Assembly (NCBI GenBank): GCA_964550725.1
Contig: CAZKAC010000033.1
Span: 1-44,635, forward strand
Reading direction: 5' to 3'
Length of the DNA stretch: 44,635 nt
DNA from: an uncultured archaeon
GTDB taxonomy: Archaea; Iainarchaeota; Iainarchaeia; Iainarchaeales; JAAZKV01
A program made the position numbers and the translations under genes. The notes beneath the pieces are model-generated. The model searched no databases. It had not been told where the DNA came from and saw only the letters and a program-made list of their open reading frames with translations. The stretch's first letter is position 1. Every line of letters begins with the position of its first letter. Positions 26,401 to 35,341 of this stretch are shown in pieces.

Positions 26401-28286
26401 TGTTCATCAGTTGCTTTATTTATACTTCGTATGTTCCCCCCAGATAAACCAATTGGGAATAACCCATGTGGATTTCCTTTCATTTGCCTTTGTTTTGCCT
26501 GCTCAGGCCTACCCATTCTGCCCCCAATAAAATTTCCTGCTTTGTCTCGAATTATAATCCCACTTACCTCAGACAAATATTCCAAAACATCATCTTTAGA
26601 GCTTTCTTTCTTTTCAATTAAAGAAAATGTTTGAATTATACTTTTTGCAAATTCATCTATAATAATTTTTCCACAATTAATTTTATGAGGCAAACCAATA
26701 GCTTCTAAAAATCTTTTTGTCTCAACTACATTTTCTAATTCTATTTTTTCGTTTTGAATTTTTCCAAACAACAATTTGTTATGTAGCATTCTTATTTCTT
26801 TTTCATTTAATGCTTTATAAAAATGAATATACTTTGGGTGTAAAGGAATACCTCCTTCTTTGGATAATTTAATTGCTTCTTCTTCTCCTACTTTACGAGG
26901 ATTTGAAATAATGTGTTCAACATTACTTAGTTTTAATTTACCATCATCTACTGCTTTTTTTAACTCAAGAACCCACCATTCTTCACAATAACCTGGAGGA
27001 ACTAAAGGATGAGCACTTTTTCTAAAATCACCATAAGACGAAAGTAAATCCCCAATATATAAAATTTTTTTAACATCATTTCTTATTTTTTTTGCATCTT
27101 CAGTACTATTTACTCTCATTACATCCCCATTATGCAATAATACTATTGGACCATCAATTGTAGTACATGGAAAAAATTGTGTTGCTTTTCCTGGTCTTTC
27201 AATTTTTCCGTGTGTACCCACTGCAATAAATTCATCAAATAAAATCATTCCTGCTGGATTGATTGCTTTTGCCATAATCCCAGTATTTCTTGCACGCCCA
27301 TACCTTAACCTAAACCCTCCCCAATGACTAGGATATGCAAGAACTGGTCTTCCAGCAGCTAAACCATCTAATATTTTTTTGTTAGGTTTTATTTCAATTT
27401 TTGTTTCTGTTTTTTCTACTTTAACAATTTGTTCTAAAAAACTCCAATCTAATCCAGCATATTTTTTCGCTTTATCCATAACCCATAATGCTTTGAGAGC
27501 TAAACCTTCAGAAATTACTAATCCAACTCCTCCTCTAATTCTATTTGTAGGCACCCTTTGCAAATCACGATGCACAGAAACTTCAACTTCTTCAGTAGGT
27601 ACTCCATTTACACAAACAGGACAATTTGTTATAATAATTCTTATTTCATCATCTGGAATTTTATATTGTCTAGAAATAATTTCTGTTTGATAAATACCTA
27701 TTTCTTCAACATATCTTTCAACTTCATCTTGAGTAGGTTTATACTTATCTATTCCCAATAATTGCCTTCCATAATCTCCCAAAATCAATGGAATTACTGT
27801 CGATGATCCACCCGCTGCTCTTATTGGCCCCGCAAAATAAATATCAACATATTTTGTACCATCAGGATTTTTATTTATTTCAATCCTTGGCAACCCATCT
27901 AATGGAGCAACAACCACTCCTTCTGTTTGTATTAACAAACAAGCTTTGATTGCAATTTCAAGTCGTTTTGCAGGATCTGGAATAGAACACCATTTTTGTT
28001 CAATAATTTCTTTAAATAATTGAAAATATGTTTCCATCCTATCTGGTTTTTCAAAAATAACTTCACGATATCTTCTCGCTAACCCCGGTAACCCAATTAA
28101 TGTTTCAGCCCTATCTGCTAAATCTACTGCAGGAGTTGTTTCTACAACTACAGTAGTATCTAAACCGGTTGCTTTTGCTTTCTTTGCAATTTCTAATTCT
28201 ATATCAACACGACTTCGTAAATAATCAAAATATTTTTTTATTTCAGGAGTGGAAGGGATAACAACATTTAAGTCCTTTTCAATCAT
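23454..28286 (-). CDS. polC: DNA polymerase II (PolD) large subunit DP2, interrupted by one intein
   Basis: 1610 aa (1135 aa without the intein). DP2-type N-terminus and a Zn-finger cluster CIKCNK..CLACG..CRTCG..CMKCG. The catalytic motif GHPYFVCAKRRN / CDGDQDSVMLMMDGLLNFS is split by the insert. C-terminal Cys4 (CTNCNEKYRRVPLSGKCYKCG). The start ATG overlaps the DP1 stop (ATGA at 28283-28286). Confidence 0.95.
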   Translation of the reverse strand: MIEKDLNVVIPSTPEIKKYFDYLRSRVDIELEIAKKAKATGLDTTVVVETTPAVDLADRAETLIGLPGLARRYREVIFEKPDRMETYFQLFKEIIEQKWCSIPDPAKRLEIAIKACLLIQTEGVVVAPLDGLPRIEINKNPDGTKYVDIYFAGPIRAAGGSSTVIPLILGDYGRQLLGIDKYKPTQDEVERYVEEIGIYQTEIISRQYKIPDDEIRIIITNCPVCVNGVPTEEVEVSVHRDLQRVPTNRIRGGVGLVISEGLALKALWVMDKAKKYAGLDWSFLEQIVKVEKTETKIEIKPNKKILDGLAAGRPVLAYPSHWGGFRLRYGRARNTGIMAKAINPAGMILFDEFIAVGTHGKIERPGKATQFFPCTTIDGPIVLLHNGDVMRVNSTEDAKKIRNDVKKILYIGDLLSSYGDFRKSAHPLVPPGYCEEWWVLELKKAVDDGKLKLSNVEHIISNPRKVGEEEAIKLSKEGGIPLHPKYIHFYKALNEKEIRMLHNKLLFGKIQNEKIELENVVETKRFLEAIGLPHKINCGKIIIDEFAKSIIQTFSLIEKKESSKDDVLEYLSEVSGIIIRDKAGNFIGGRMGRPEQAKQRQMKGNPHGLFPIGLSGGNIRSINKATDEHNNESGKINIDIAEYKCIKCNKLTFLSHCLACGERTKLMQYCRTCGKSVSGEKCMKCGSQTVPSGEHEVNLRKMFEIAKDNLRVPMPEIVKGVKGMISDIKETEPLEKAILRARHNVHIFRDGTSRFELLNATITHFKPREINMTIEKAREFGYLKDIFGKDLTDPEQIVEMFPQDIIVNETCGDWMLNVSRFIDDELERFYKLAPFYNAKTKDDLIGVLVLGLAPHTSAAVTARVIGYTKSRLGYGHPYFVCAKRRNCLVFETPILVEKNGKIGFVEIGSLSKGKKLEELNNINTFTINSKGKLEKRKITGITARKSPKKIFSVKTKYGRELKLTKDHELMVLKNNCITHQKISDLTIGDKLLSLKQKIPFQKNNEINLFDFYSKKENKNNLRISLGDNKKIVHEKILKIGYGVFAKKINYKSGKSIHTALSFDALPLELYEKIYSYFGIHFAKKIYYMKQKSRIPVKIILDKEFGEIVGLFLSDGYARTTNNGKNKKYVYQVNFISAEKEITEKIVSFFEKIGKKPTIEKRKTKNMVLDYITISGRVFYDLFVDVLESGKRAKNKKISPKIINSNDLFISGLIAGFIVGDGFISQNSIRISSVNKKMINQLSFLLNQLGYFPHLMEQKRTLLKGELINYYKKPINYISQEIRLYSTDILKIGKLLFGKKKKVFKSLNKKTFTHKRTSFFGDFVIDELKEIKEINGYGKVFDLIVEKEKNFIGGHGNLAIYDCDGDQDSVMLMMDGLLNFSQKYLANRNGGKMDAPIVFSTIISPNEIDDEVHEMETVFEYPLDFYEKASKICDPFLKNIEIVKNKIGQDNQYTGIGFTHDTDTFDEGPKTSRYIQLKTMEEKIMRQNILQKKIMAVDSKDCLEKVMGSHFLPDIIGNARAFSRQTFRCTNCNEKYRRVPLSGKCYKCGKNAIILTIHQGSVRKYLKIAQNMAKQENLSSYLIQRLDMIEKEIDSIFNNDKVKQKSLFEFM
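24204..25628 (-). mobile_element. Intein (475 aa) with a LAGLIDADG homing-endonuclease domain inside DP2
   Basis: The boundaries were mapped codon by codon. Cys1 is tgt at 25628-25626 (KRRN|CLVFETPILVEKNG). The last residue Asp is gat at 24206-24204, followed by Cys+1 at 24203-24201 (NLAIYD|CDGDQD). Block B is TKDHELMV. There are two LAGLIDADG motifs (IVGLFLSDGYA, LIAGFIVGDGFI). Block F-like is VFDLIVEKEKNFIGG. Confidence 0.9.
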
Positions 28287-29893
28287 TTAGTATCCACCTC
28301 TTTTTCTATCCCCCCTCGCAAAAATTGTATCTCACTAATTTTTCTTGTTTTTAAATTAACTATTGGAAAAATTCCTGGCGTAGGAATATGCCCTATTTTT
28401 CTCTGAAAATCAGTCTGTGCCTCCCAACACCCACCATTAATTATGGTTGTCTGTCGATAATTACAATATCCATTATGATGCATATCTCCAATCCATACAA
28501 AATCAGGAACTTCCTTAATAACCATATAATCTTTATCTTCAGGAACATAAGGATTTCTACCACCATACTTAGGCATCAAATCTCTTTTTCTTAATAACTC
28601 AGCCATCCCCTCATGAGGTTTACTATAATCAAGAAACGAAACACTACTAATCAAATCATGAATACTTGGGCCATGATAAACCAAATTTTTTAATCCTTCA
28701 GTCTCAACCCATGAAGGAGATGAAATAAAATGAAAATTTCTAGCCTTATACAAATTAGGAACAAATTCTTTTGGAATTGCTGGTTGAGGCTCAGCTCTTC
28801 TAACAGCATCGTGTTGGCCTGGGCAAATAAAAATTTGAATATACTCAGGAATTTGTAACATTAATTCTTCAAATTTTGCATATTGTTCATAAATATCTTT
28901 TATTACTAATTCATCTAATTGTCCAGGATAAACTCCAATACCTGCAACATTATCCCCCACTACAAACAAATATTGTAACTTTCCAATTCTTTCCAATTTT
29001 GTCCCACTTAATCCTTTACCATTTAAATAATCTAACCATTTTTGTACAGCTTCTTCTAAAAATTTATTACTCCCAATATGAAAATCACTAGTACATCCTG
29101 AATAAACTTCTTCATTAATTGTCCTTGGATTACCAACTGGAGTATCTGGCCAATAAATTTCTTTTATTATAATAAATTCGTCCCCCACCTTAGCCCCTTT
29201 TATCCCAACTACATTATCCTCTAAAATATGTTCTCCCTTAGCCATCAATTCTTTTTCTTTATTCATTATCAAAGCAACTGCTTTTGTATCCAAATCTTCT
29301 ATCTCAAAAGCAATGTGATTATTTTTTGTAACCCACCGCTTATTAACAATACCAATAACATCAACATTTTCATTTTTAGGTTTTGTTTTTAAACTTTTTA
29401 GAGGAACTGGAGAAAGATTGTGTCTCGTTTTTAACATCGTTGAAAGTAACTCAAACTTACTTCTAAATAATCTTAAAAAATCATCAATTTTTCCTTCTGA
29501 ATGTGAAGAACCAGTAACATCATATTCTTCCATCACTCTAAAATCAGGCGCTCTATCTTTTGCTTGTGCATTAAACCGAGTACTTTTTATTTCAACAGTT
29601 TTTATCGTTCCAGTCAATTTTGTCCTATTAATTTTTTTTTCTAATAATTTAGTATCAACAACTAAAGCTCCCTCGTAAGAAATTTCACTAAGAATATCTT
29701 TCCAATTTTTCTTATCCAAAAGTAAACTAATAGCATCTTTTGAAAGAATTAAACCATTAACCTGTGCAAATTGTACAATTTCATTATCTTGCCCAGTATT
29801 CCAAGAAGCATCTTTAAGAATATCTTGTTTAGTATCTTGCGAAACACAATCAACTATTTTACAATTTTCATTATTTTCTTCCAAAATTCCCAC
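28283..29893 (-). CDS. polB: DNA polymerase II (PolD) small subunit DP1 (Mre11-like 3'-5' exonuclease subunit)
   Basis: Calcineurin-like phosphoesterase motifs (VVGDNVAG, CPGQHDA, GDMHHNG). OB-fold-like region (DVIGIVNKRWVTKNNHIAFEIED). Apparent GTG start at 29893. ATGA overlap with DP2. Confidence 0.92.
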   Translation of the reverse strand: MGILEENNENCKIVDCVSQDTKQDILKDASWNTGQDNEIVQFAQVNGLILSKDAISLLLDKKNWKDILSEISYEGALVVDTKLLEKKINRTKLTGTIKTVEIKSTRFNAQAKDRAPDFRVMEEYDVTGSSHSEGKIDDFLRLFRSKFELLSTMLKTRHNLSPVPLKSLKTKPKNENVDVIGIVNKRWVTKNNHIAFEIEDLDTKAVALIMNKEKELMAKGEHILEDNVVGIKGAKVGDEFIIIKEIYWPDTPVGNPRTINEEVYSGCTSDFHIGSNKFLEEAVQKWLDYLNGKGLSGTKLERIGKLQYLFVVGDNVAGIGVYPGQLDELVIKDIYEQYAKFEELMLQIPEYIQIFICPGQHDAVRRAEPQPAIPKEFVPNLYKARNFHFISSPSWVETEGLKNLVYHGPSIHDLISSVSFLDYSKPHEGMAELLRKRDLMPKYGGRNPYVPEDKDYMVIKEVPDFVWIGDMHHNGYCNYRQTTIINGGCWEAQTDFQRKIGHIPTPGIFPIVNLKTRKISEIQFLRGGIEKEVDTK

Positions 29894-29918
29894 GCCTTTA
29901 TTTACAAGCCAAAACAGA

Positions 29919-29928
29919 TTTAAATAAA
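29919..29928 (-). promoter_or_regulatory. TATA-like box (tttatttaaa on the minus strand) about 26-35 nt upstream of the DP1 GTG start; possible promoter of a leaderless DP1-DP2 transcript
   Basis: The minus-strand sequence reads tgaatTTATTTAAAtctgttttggcttgtaaataaaggcGTG. No SD-like element lies between the box and the start. A/T-rich boxes are frequent in this genome, so specificity is low. Confidence 0.3.
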
Positions 29929-29946
29929 TTCAAAATCAATAATGAA

Positions 29947-30189
29947 TTATTTCATTTTTTCTTTAATTTCTTCAATTAAAGAAATTGCTTGCCAAACGTC
30001 GGTCCTTGTATGTTCAGGAATATTAATATCATTACTTATATCATCAAGAAAATAAACCGCTTCACTTAAAGAAGTAACATTATTTTGCTCAACTTTCCCC
30101 AAGGCTTCCTCTACCTTTGCCCTAATATTTTTAGGCACACTCCTGTCATCAAGAATATCATTCAAAATTTCTTTAATTTCCTCAGTCAT
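29947..30189 (-). CDS. UPF0147-family small helical protein (archaeal, function unknown)
   Basis: The ATG at 30189 is preceded by GGTGGT (tttggtggtagcATG). The motifs DDRSVPKNIRAKVEEA and DISNDINIPEHTRTDVWQAISLIE match my recollection of the UPF0147 family (D.SVPRNIR ... DPN.P.H.RT.IW). Confidence 0.6.
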   Translation of the reverse strand: MTEEIKEILNDILDDRSVPKNIRAKVEEALGKVEQNNVTSLSEAVYFLDDISNDINIPEHTRTDVWQAISLIEEIKEKMK

Positions 30190-30383
30190 GCTACCACCAA
30201 ACCAGCGTCGAACGAACAATTAAATTAAAATCCGTCTGACTCAACTATATAATAAAAATCTGAAATATTTTTAAATAAGAACTATTAATACAAAAATACT
30301 CAATAAATCTAATTAAACAAAACTAATCAAATCAAAAAAAAACCAAAAACAAATTAAATTTTGATTATAAAACTAACTAAACC

Positions 30384-31355
30384 TTAATCATCTGCTAATA
30401 ACTCACTCTTCAAATTATCCAAATTAGGCCCTTCAAGTATCTTTTTTATTCCTTTAAATTTCTGTTCAACCGCTTTAATTTGTTCCAATGTTGAAATGTC
30501 GGTTTTATTTATCGCAATCAAAAATTTTTGTTTAGTAAATAATTTTTTTAACTCATCAAACAAATTTCTTTGTTTTTCTAAATCATCAGTAGGATCAACA
30601 ACAAATACTACTTTACCATCCAAATATTGCAAAGCATTAATAGCTTTCATTTCAATTTTATTCCTCTCATGCAATGGTCTATCTAACAATCCAGGAGTAT
30701 CAATAACTTGTATTTCTAAATGTTTTTTTTCAAGATATCCAATATTCAAACCTTTGGTTGTGAAAGGATACGCAGCAACTTTTACTTTAGACCCAGTAAT
30801 TTTTTTTACTAATGTACTTTTCCCAACATTAGGAAATCCCGCAAAAATTATTGATTCTTCACCCATTCTAACACTAGGCAATTCTCTCATCTTTTTAGCA
30901 GCATCATTATAAACATGAATTGGTCCTTTTAAACTCTTAATCATTGAAGCAATTCTTCCAAAAAATTCGTTAGAAATTTTTTTCGCTTTACCCGATGCCC
31001 CCCGCTCAAATTTCATTTCTTTTAATTTTACAATATACTGAATTTTTTGTTTTTTAATTATTTTCGCAATAGATGATATTTTAGATAATTCTTTTAATGA
31101 TAAATCAACATCAATAACACTGCGCACTAATTCTCTATAAAAAGGAGCCAAATTATCAACACTTGGAAAATCATGCACAACGGTCATCAATGCTTTTTCT
31201 AAATAATTACCAAACTTTTCTATTTTTGCAATTTCTTTTCCTTTCATAGTATAAAAAGGCATTCTTTGTTGAGGATATAACCCTCCAGCTTTTCTTGCTT
31301 GTGCAAAAGCAATATCCAAAAGTTTTTCAGGATCCTCTAAATATTTTAAATTCAT
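30384..31355 (-). CDS. NOG1-type GTP-binding protein (ribosome biogenesis GTPase family)
   Basis: N-terminal NOG1_N-like helical region. G1 GFPNVGKSTLV, G3 DTPGLLDRP, G4 NKTD. ATG at 31355 (the track start is TTG three codons upstream). Confidence 0.8.
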   Translation of the reverse strand: MNLKYLEDPEKLLDIAFAQARKAGGLYPQQRMPFYTMKGKEIAKIEKFGNYLEKALMTVVHDFPSVDNLAPFYRELVRSVIDVDLSLKELSKISSIAKIIKKQKIQYIVKLKEMKFERGASGKAKKISNEFFGRIASMIKSLKGPIHVYNDAAKKMRELPSVRMGEESIIFAGFPNVGKSTLVKKITGSKVKVAAYPFTTKGLNIGYLEKKHLEIQVIDTPGLLDRPLHERNKIEMKAINALQYLDGKVVFVVDPTDDLEKQRNLFDELKKLFTKQKFLIAINKTDISTLEQIKAVEQKFKGIKKILEGPNLDNLKSELLADD

Positions 31356-31391
31356 AAAAATCAACTAATTATTAAAAAACAATATTAAAAA

Positions 31392-31721
31392 TTATTTGTT
31401 AATCTCAGCATTAATTATTTCAACCGCTTTTTTAACGCGTGGTTCTTTACACGCTATATTAAACACTTGTGGAAATTCTATTAAAAGCCTAGTGTATGTG
31501 TTTTTTCCCATCTCACCAAGCCCAGCCCCGTTTTTTATTCGATTTGCTCTAGAAACTAACCAATATTTTGTCGTTTCAATAGTTGCCCTCTTAAGCCTAT
31601 GATTGCTCCAACCAACATATCCCCCAGGTAACCCTTTATGCCTATTCAGACTTTTAAATTTAGATGTTTTTTTTAAAACAACTCCTTTTTTAGGATTATG
31701 CTTATTTTTTATCCCCAACAT
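31392..31721 (-). CDS. Hypothetical basic 109-aa protein
   Basis: An ORF with a Lys/Arg-rich N-terminal half (KNKHNPKKGVVLKKTSKFKSLNRHKG), so possibly nucleic-acid binding. No family recognised. Confidence 0.45.
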   Translation of the reverse strand: MLGIKNKHNPKKGVVLKKTSKFKSLNRHKGLPGGYVGWSNHRLKRATIETTKYWLVSRANRIKNGAGLGEMGKNTYTRLLIEFPQVFNIACKEPRVKKAVEIINAEINK

Positions 31722-31805
31722 AACTTATTTAAGGCTTAGCAGCTTTTTAATGTATACTTATTCAATATATTATACAATGAAGAAAAAAAGAAAGGGGGAA
31801 AATTA

Positions 31806-32852
31806 ATGAAAAACATTTATCTTGGCAATTATAAAAAATATTTAATTTTACCCATAATTGTTAGTATATTTTTTTTAATCGTTACTTTAATTTATCCAGG
31901 AATTCCACAAGGAATTGATTTTACTGGCGGAACAATAATGATTATTCATTCAGAAAATGAACTTTCTGCGCCAGCAATCGAACAAGTATTAAAAAATGAA
32001 TTTGATCTCACAGAACTCACTGTTTCTACAATTTCCTCCCCAACCGGACACGGAGCATGGATACAATATAAAACAGAACCTATAATTTCAAACGCTGAAG
32101 CAGAATTAGTTCTTGCTGAACAAAAATTAAGTAATAAAGAAGAATCCATTATGCACTCTAATAATGTTCTTGAGATTTTCAAAAAAACTCCTGAGAATTT
32201 TTCTAATTCCAAACTTGCATTAATTGCTGCACAAGATGCTCTCACTGAATATAAAGAATTGTCATCAGAAAAAATGATTGCGATAATTTCACAAAAATTA
32301 AATCTTGGTGAAAATATTGAATACCAAAAACGAGAAGTTTCTCCAACACTGGGCTCAACTTTTTATTCATCAGGAATTTGGGTCGCATTATGGTCATTAA
32401 CTTTAGTTGTTTTTGTAATATTCTTATTTTTTAGAAAACTTGTTCCATCAATGGCAATAATTCTTTCGGGAATGTTTGATATTTTAGGTGCACTTGCAGG
32501 AATGGCTTTATTTGGAATACCTCTATCGTTAGTTTCAATACCAGCACTATTAATGCTAATTGGATATTCTGTTGACACAGACATAATGTTAACACATAGA
32601 TTAACTAAAAAAACTTCTCAAAAACCTAGTGAGCGTGCAATAGATTCTATGAAAACTGGTTTAACAATGACTTTTACAACTCTCGCAGCATTAACTTCAA
32701 TGTTAATAGTTTCATATTTTTACCAAATTGAAGTAATTTTTCAAATAGCCGCAATTCTTTTCTTTGGATTATTAGCTGATTTAATCTCAACCTGGTTTAT
32801 GAATGCACCATTATTACTTTGGCATATTGAAAATAAAGGAGGGAAATTATGA
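31806..32852 (+). CDS. secF: Protein-export membrane protein SecF
   Basis: N-terminal TM, then GIDFTGGT. The C-terminal bundle of about 5 TM helices has the typical SecDF pattern (GYSVDTDIMLTHR). Preceded by AGGGGG. The stop overlaps the secD start (ATGA-type, 32849-32852). Confidence 0.85.
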   Translation: MKNIYLGNYKKYLILPIIVSIFFLIVTLIYPGIPQGIDFTGGTIMIIHSENELSAPAIEQVLKNEFDLTELTVSTISSPTGHGAWIQYKTEPIISNAEAELVLAEQKLSNKEESIMHSNNVLEIFKKTPENFSNSKLALIAAQDALTEYKELSSEKMIAIISQKLNLGENIEYQKREVSPTLGSTFYSSGIWVALWSLTLVVFVIFLFFRKLVPSMAIILSGMFDILGALAGMALFGIPLSLVSIPALLMLIGYSVDTDIMLTHRLTKKTSQKPSERAIDSMKTGLTMTFTTLAALTSMLIVSYFYQIEVIFQIAAILFFGLLADLISTWFMNAPLLLWHIENKGGKL

Positions 32853-34444
32853 ATAGGTTAATAAAAAACTGGCAAATTTCTATCCTTGTAATATTTTTAT
32901 TACTTGCAATAACCATTATTTTGGTTAATGGATTAACTCTTGGAATTGATTTTAAAGGAGGAACACTTTATCAAATTGAATTACAAAATGAAGTTTCAAC
33001 AGATGAAATAAATAGAATTTCTTCAATAATAAATCAAAGAATTGACCCCCAAGGATTAAAAGATGCCACAGTTTCACCGGTAGGGGATAAATTTATTGTA
33101 ATACAAATTTCCGAAACAAATCCATCAGAACTTGAAAAAATAGAATCTAGAATAAGACAACAGGGAAAATTTGAATCAACCCTTAATGGAGAACTAGTTT
33201 TTACAGGAGATGAAATTATTACAGTATTAAGAGGCTCTTCAGGATATGGAGTATTTCAAGCAGGACAAAATGTTCAATGGATAATGCCTTTTGTTTTAAG
33301 CGAACAAGCTGCCAAAAGATTCATGGAATCATCTTTCCACCAATGTGATGCAGTTTCTACTACACCTACAGGAAAACCAATTTATGATTGTGAAAAAACA
33401 TATTTCTTTTTAGATAAACCAGATGCATTAATTGTTATTAGTGAGGACCAATATGATATTGATTCAGATTTATTTTATATTGGAGATAGAGCAAAAAATA
33501 TCCCATCCGAATCAGACATTGATGAATTAATAAAAAATTCTCTATTAGACATTCTTGTTTTTAGTTCAATGGAATCTTTAGATGAAAACATTATGAATAA
33601 TGTTTTAGCAAATACAAATAGTGTTATAGTGTCACCCGATATTCCAAAAGAAGCAATTACTTTTTTAGAAAATAAAGGATTCATAGTTACCATACAACCA
33701 ACAATTCAAAATACTCCTTGGATTTGGAAAGTTTTAGGAGTTAGACAAATTATTTCATTAACTGAAGAAGTAACAAATGAAAAAGTATCTGATATTTCTC
33801 AAGCTGAATTAATTACTACCCTAACTATAAGAGGAACAAGAAATAATGTCCAAGAAGCAAGACATGACCTTGAAGAAATAACAATCCTTTTAGAATCAGG
33901 ATCATTACCTACTCCTGTTAAAAGTATTTCAAGAGAAACAATTTCACCATCACTTGGAGAATCATTTTTGTCCAACGTAATAATAATGGGAATTATTGCA
34001 TTAATAGTAGTTGTACTTGTAATTCTTGCGAGATATAGAATACCAAAATTAGCTATCCCAATATTCCTTACTGGATTAAGTGAAGTAATCATAATAATGG
34101 GTTTCTTAGCATTAATAAGAAGACCACTTGATTTAGCTGCTTTCGCTGGACTAATTGCTGCTGTTGGAACAGGAGTTGATTCACAAATATTAATTGCCGA
34201 TGAAATAATACGTGGAGAAAAAGAAGAAGTACACGAATCATTATTAACAAGAGCAAAAAATGCATTGTTTATAATAATGGCTGCCGCTTTAACAACAATT
34301 GGAGTAATGTTACCAATACTATTCTTTTCTTTTGGACTTGGAAAACTTGTTGGTTTTGCATACACAATAATTGCAGGAGCATTAATTGGAATATTTATTA
34401 CAAGACCAGCATTTTCAAAAATTGTTCAAAAAATAATTAAATAA
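32849..34444 (+). CDS. secD: Protein-export membrane protein SecD
   Basis: N-terminal TM, then GIDFKGGT. Large extracytoplasmic domain. C-terminal TM bundle with GTGVDSQILIADE. Preceded by GGAGGG. Confidence 0.85.
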   Translation: MNRLIKNWQISILVIFLLLAITIILVNGLTLGIDFKGGTLYQIELQNEVSTDEINRISSIINQRIDPQGLKDATVSPVGDKFIVIQISETNPSELEKIESRIRQQGKFESTLNGELVFTGDEIITVLRGSSGYGVFQAGQNVQWIMPFVLSEQAAKRFMESSFHQCDAVSTTPTGKPIYDCEKTYFFLDKPDALIVISEDQYDIDSDLFYIGDRAKNIPSESDIDELIKNSLLDILVFSSMESLDENIMNNVLANTNSVIVSPDIPKEAITFLENKGFIVTIQPTIQNTPWIWKVLGVRQIISLTEEVTNEKVSDISQAELITTLTIRGTRNNVQEARHDLEEITILLESGSLPTPVKSISRETISPSLGESFLSNVIIMGIIALIVVVLVILARYRIPKLAIPIFLTGLSEVIIIMGFLALIRRPLDLAAFAGLIAAVGTGVDSQILIADEIIRGEKEEVHESLLTRAKNALFIIMAAALTTIGVMLPILFFSFGLGKLVGFAYTIIAGALIGIFITRPAFSKIVQKIIK

Positions 34445-34453
34445 ATATTTAAT

Positions 34454-35119
34454 TTAAGAAACTAAAGATTTTTCAAACCGTTCCCCAACATGTTTATAAC
34501 CCATTGAAGAAGCTAAAGAACGATACATCATAATCATTCTTTTTTGTATACTCTCTTTTTCTTTATAATATTCATTATTTTTTAATATTCCTGTTCCCAA
34601 AGAAGGATTCTTAAAATAAATCAAACTCTCAGGCAAATCCATAATAACCTTCTTATAACCCTGTCTTTTAGCATGTTCTTCAATAATAGTTAATAAATAA
34701 TTAGGCACAGGCATTCCAACAATACCTTCAAGTTGTTTAATTGATTTAATCTTACCCTTAGTCCCCTGAATAGCTTTAATATGCACAATATTTTTTGCAA
34801 ACCCTATTTTTATTTCAAAATCCCTCTGCCCAAGAGGCCCATGAGGATCATCTCTTTTTTGACTAGAATAAATAGTAACTGCTAATGGAGCTTCCCAAGA
34901 ACTAGTAGTCAAATCAATACGATAATTCCTTTTTGAACTTAAATTTATTACATCAAAAGATTCAATAAATTTCTTACCAAATTTAAGATAAGAATAATAA
35001 CTGTTTCTTCCCTCAGGTCTTCGTTGAATATCTCCCAATAAACGTTTAGTTTTTCTTTTTTTTAACTTTGATTCATTCAATCTAGAAAAAAAATTTCTTA
35101 CTTTTGAATATAATTTCAT
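34454..35119 (-). CDS. Hypothetical 221-aa protein. Its N-terminal ~90 aa are paralogous to the N-terminus of the 35194..35601 ORF.
   Basis: Basic N-terminus (SKLKKRKTKR). Shared blocks with the neighbour: PEG, YGKKFI, KR.Y..D...SS.EAPLA...YSS. The C-terminal half (VHIKAIQGTKG...LLTIIEEHAKRQGYKKVIM) is faintly GNAT-like but unverified. Confidence 0.55.
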   Translation of the reverse strand: MKLYSKVRNFFSRLNESKLKKRKTKRLLGDIQRRPEGRNSYYSYLKFGKKFIESFDVINLSSKRNYRIDLTTSSWEAPLAVTIYSSQKRDDPHGPLGQRDFEIKIGFAKNIVHIKAIQGTKGKIKSIKQLEGIVGMPVPNYLLTIIEEHAKRQGYKKVIMDLPESLIYFKNPSLGTGILKNNEYYKEKESIQKRMIMMYRSLASSMGYKHVGERFEKSLVS

Positions 35120-35193
35120 AATAAATTATATTTTTAAACATATTAAATAAGTATCAGTTTAAATTAAATCAAAATTTTTAACAATTATTTATC

Positions 35194-35341
35194 TCACCAA
35201 GGCACCTTTTTAAGTTTCATTTTATATGCTGCAAAATTAGTCGCCATATGAGCAAACACAGTTACTATTAAAACAATTAAAACAACTTCTAATTCAGGAA
35301 AACGAATCAACATACTTAATAAAAATCCTCCAACCACAAAT
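35194..35341 (-). repeat. Copy B of a ~148-bp segmental duplication (3' end of carS)
   Basis: Hand alignment with 36228..36375 gives 19 mismatches in 147 nt (about 87% identity) and no indels. The similarity stops at the stop codon on one side and at the F-V-V-G-G codons on the other. Confidence 0.9.

Noticed and set aside
30496-30912. 138-aa plus-strand ORF inside the NOG1-type GTPase gene
   Set aside because: It is antisense to the G-domain, whose G1/G3/G4 motifs are intact on the minus strand, so it is a shadow ORF. The same reasoning applies to the other short antisense ORFs in the track. Examples are 1313-1498, 2667-2858, 2990-3178, 6409-6753, 7853-8071, 8947-9138, 11357-11656, 19110-19412, 20357-20695, 24189-29678 (various), 31396-31806, 31946-32584, 37116-37703, 42602-42862, 43312-43524 and 44170-44358.
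33799-34365. 188-aa minus-strand ORF inside secD
   Set aside because: It is antisense to the conserved C-terminal TM bundle of SecD. It has no start context and no motifs, so it is a shadow ORF.
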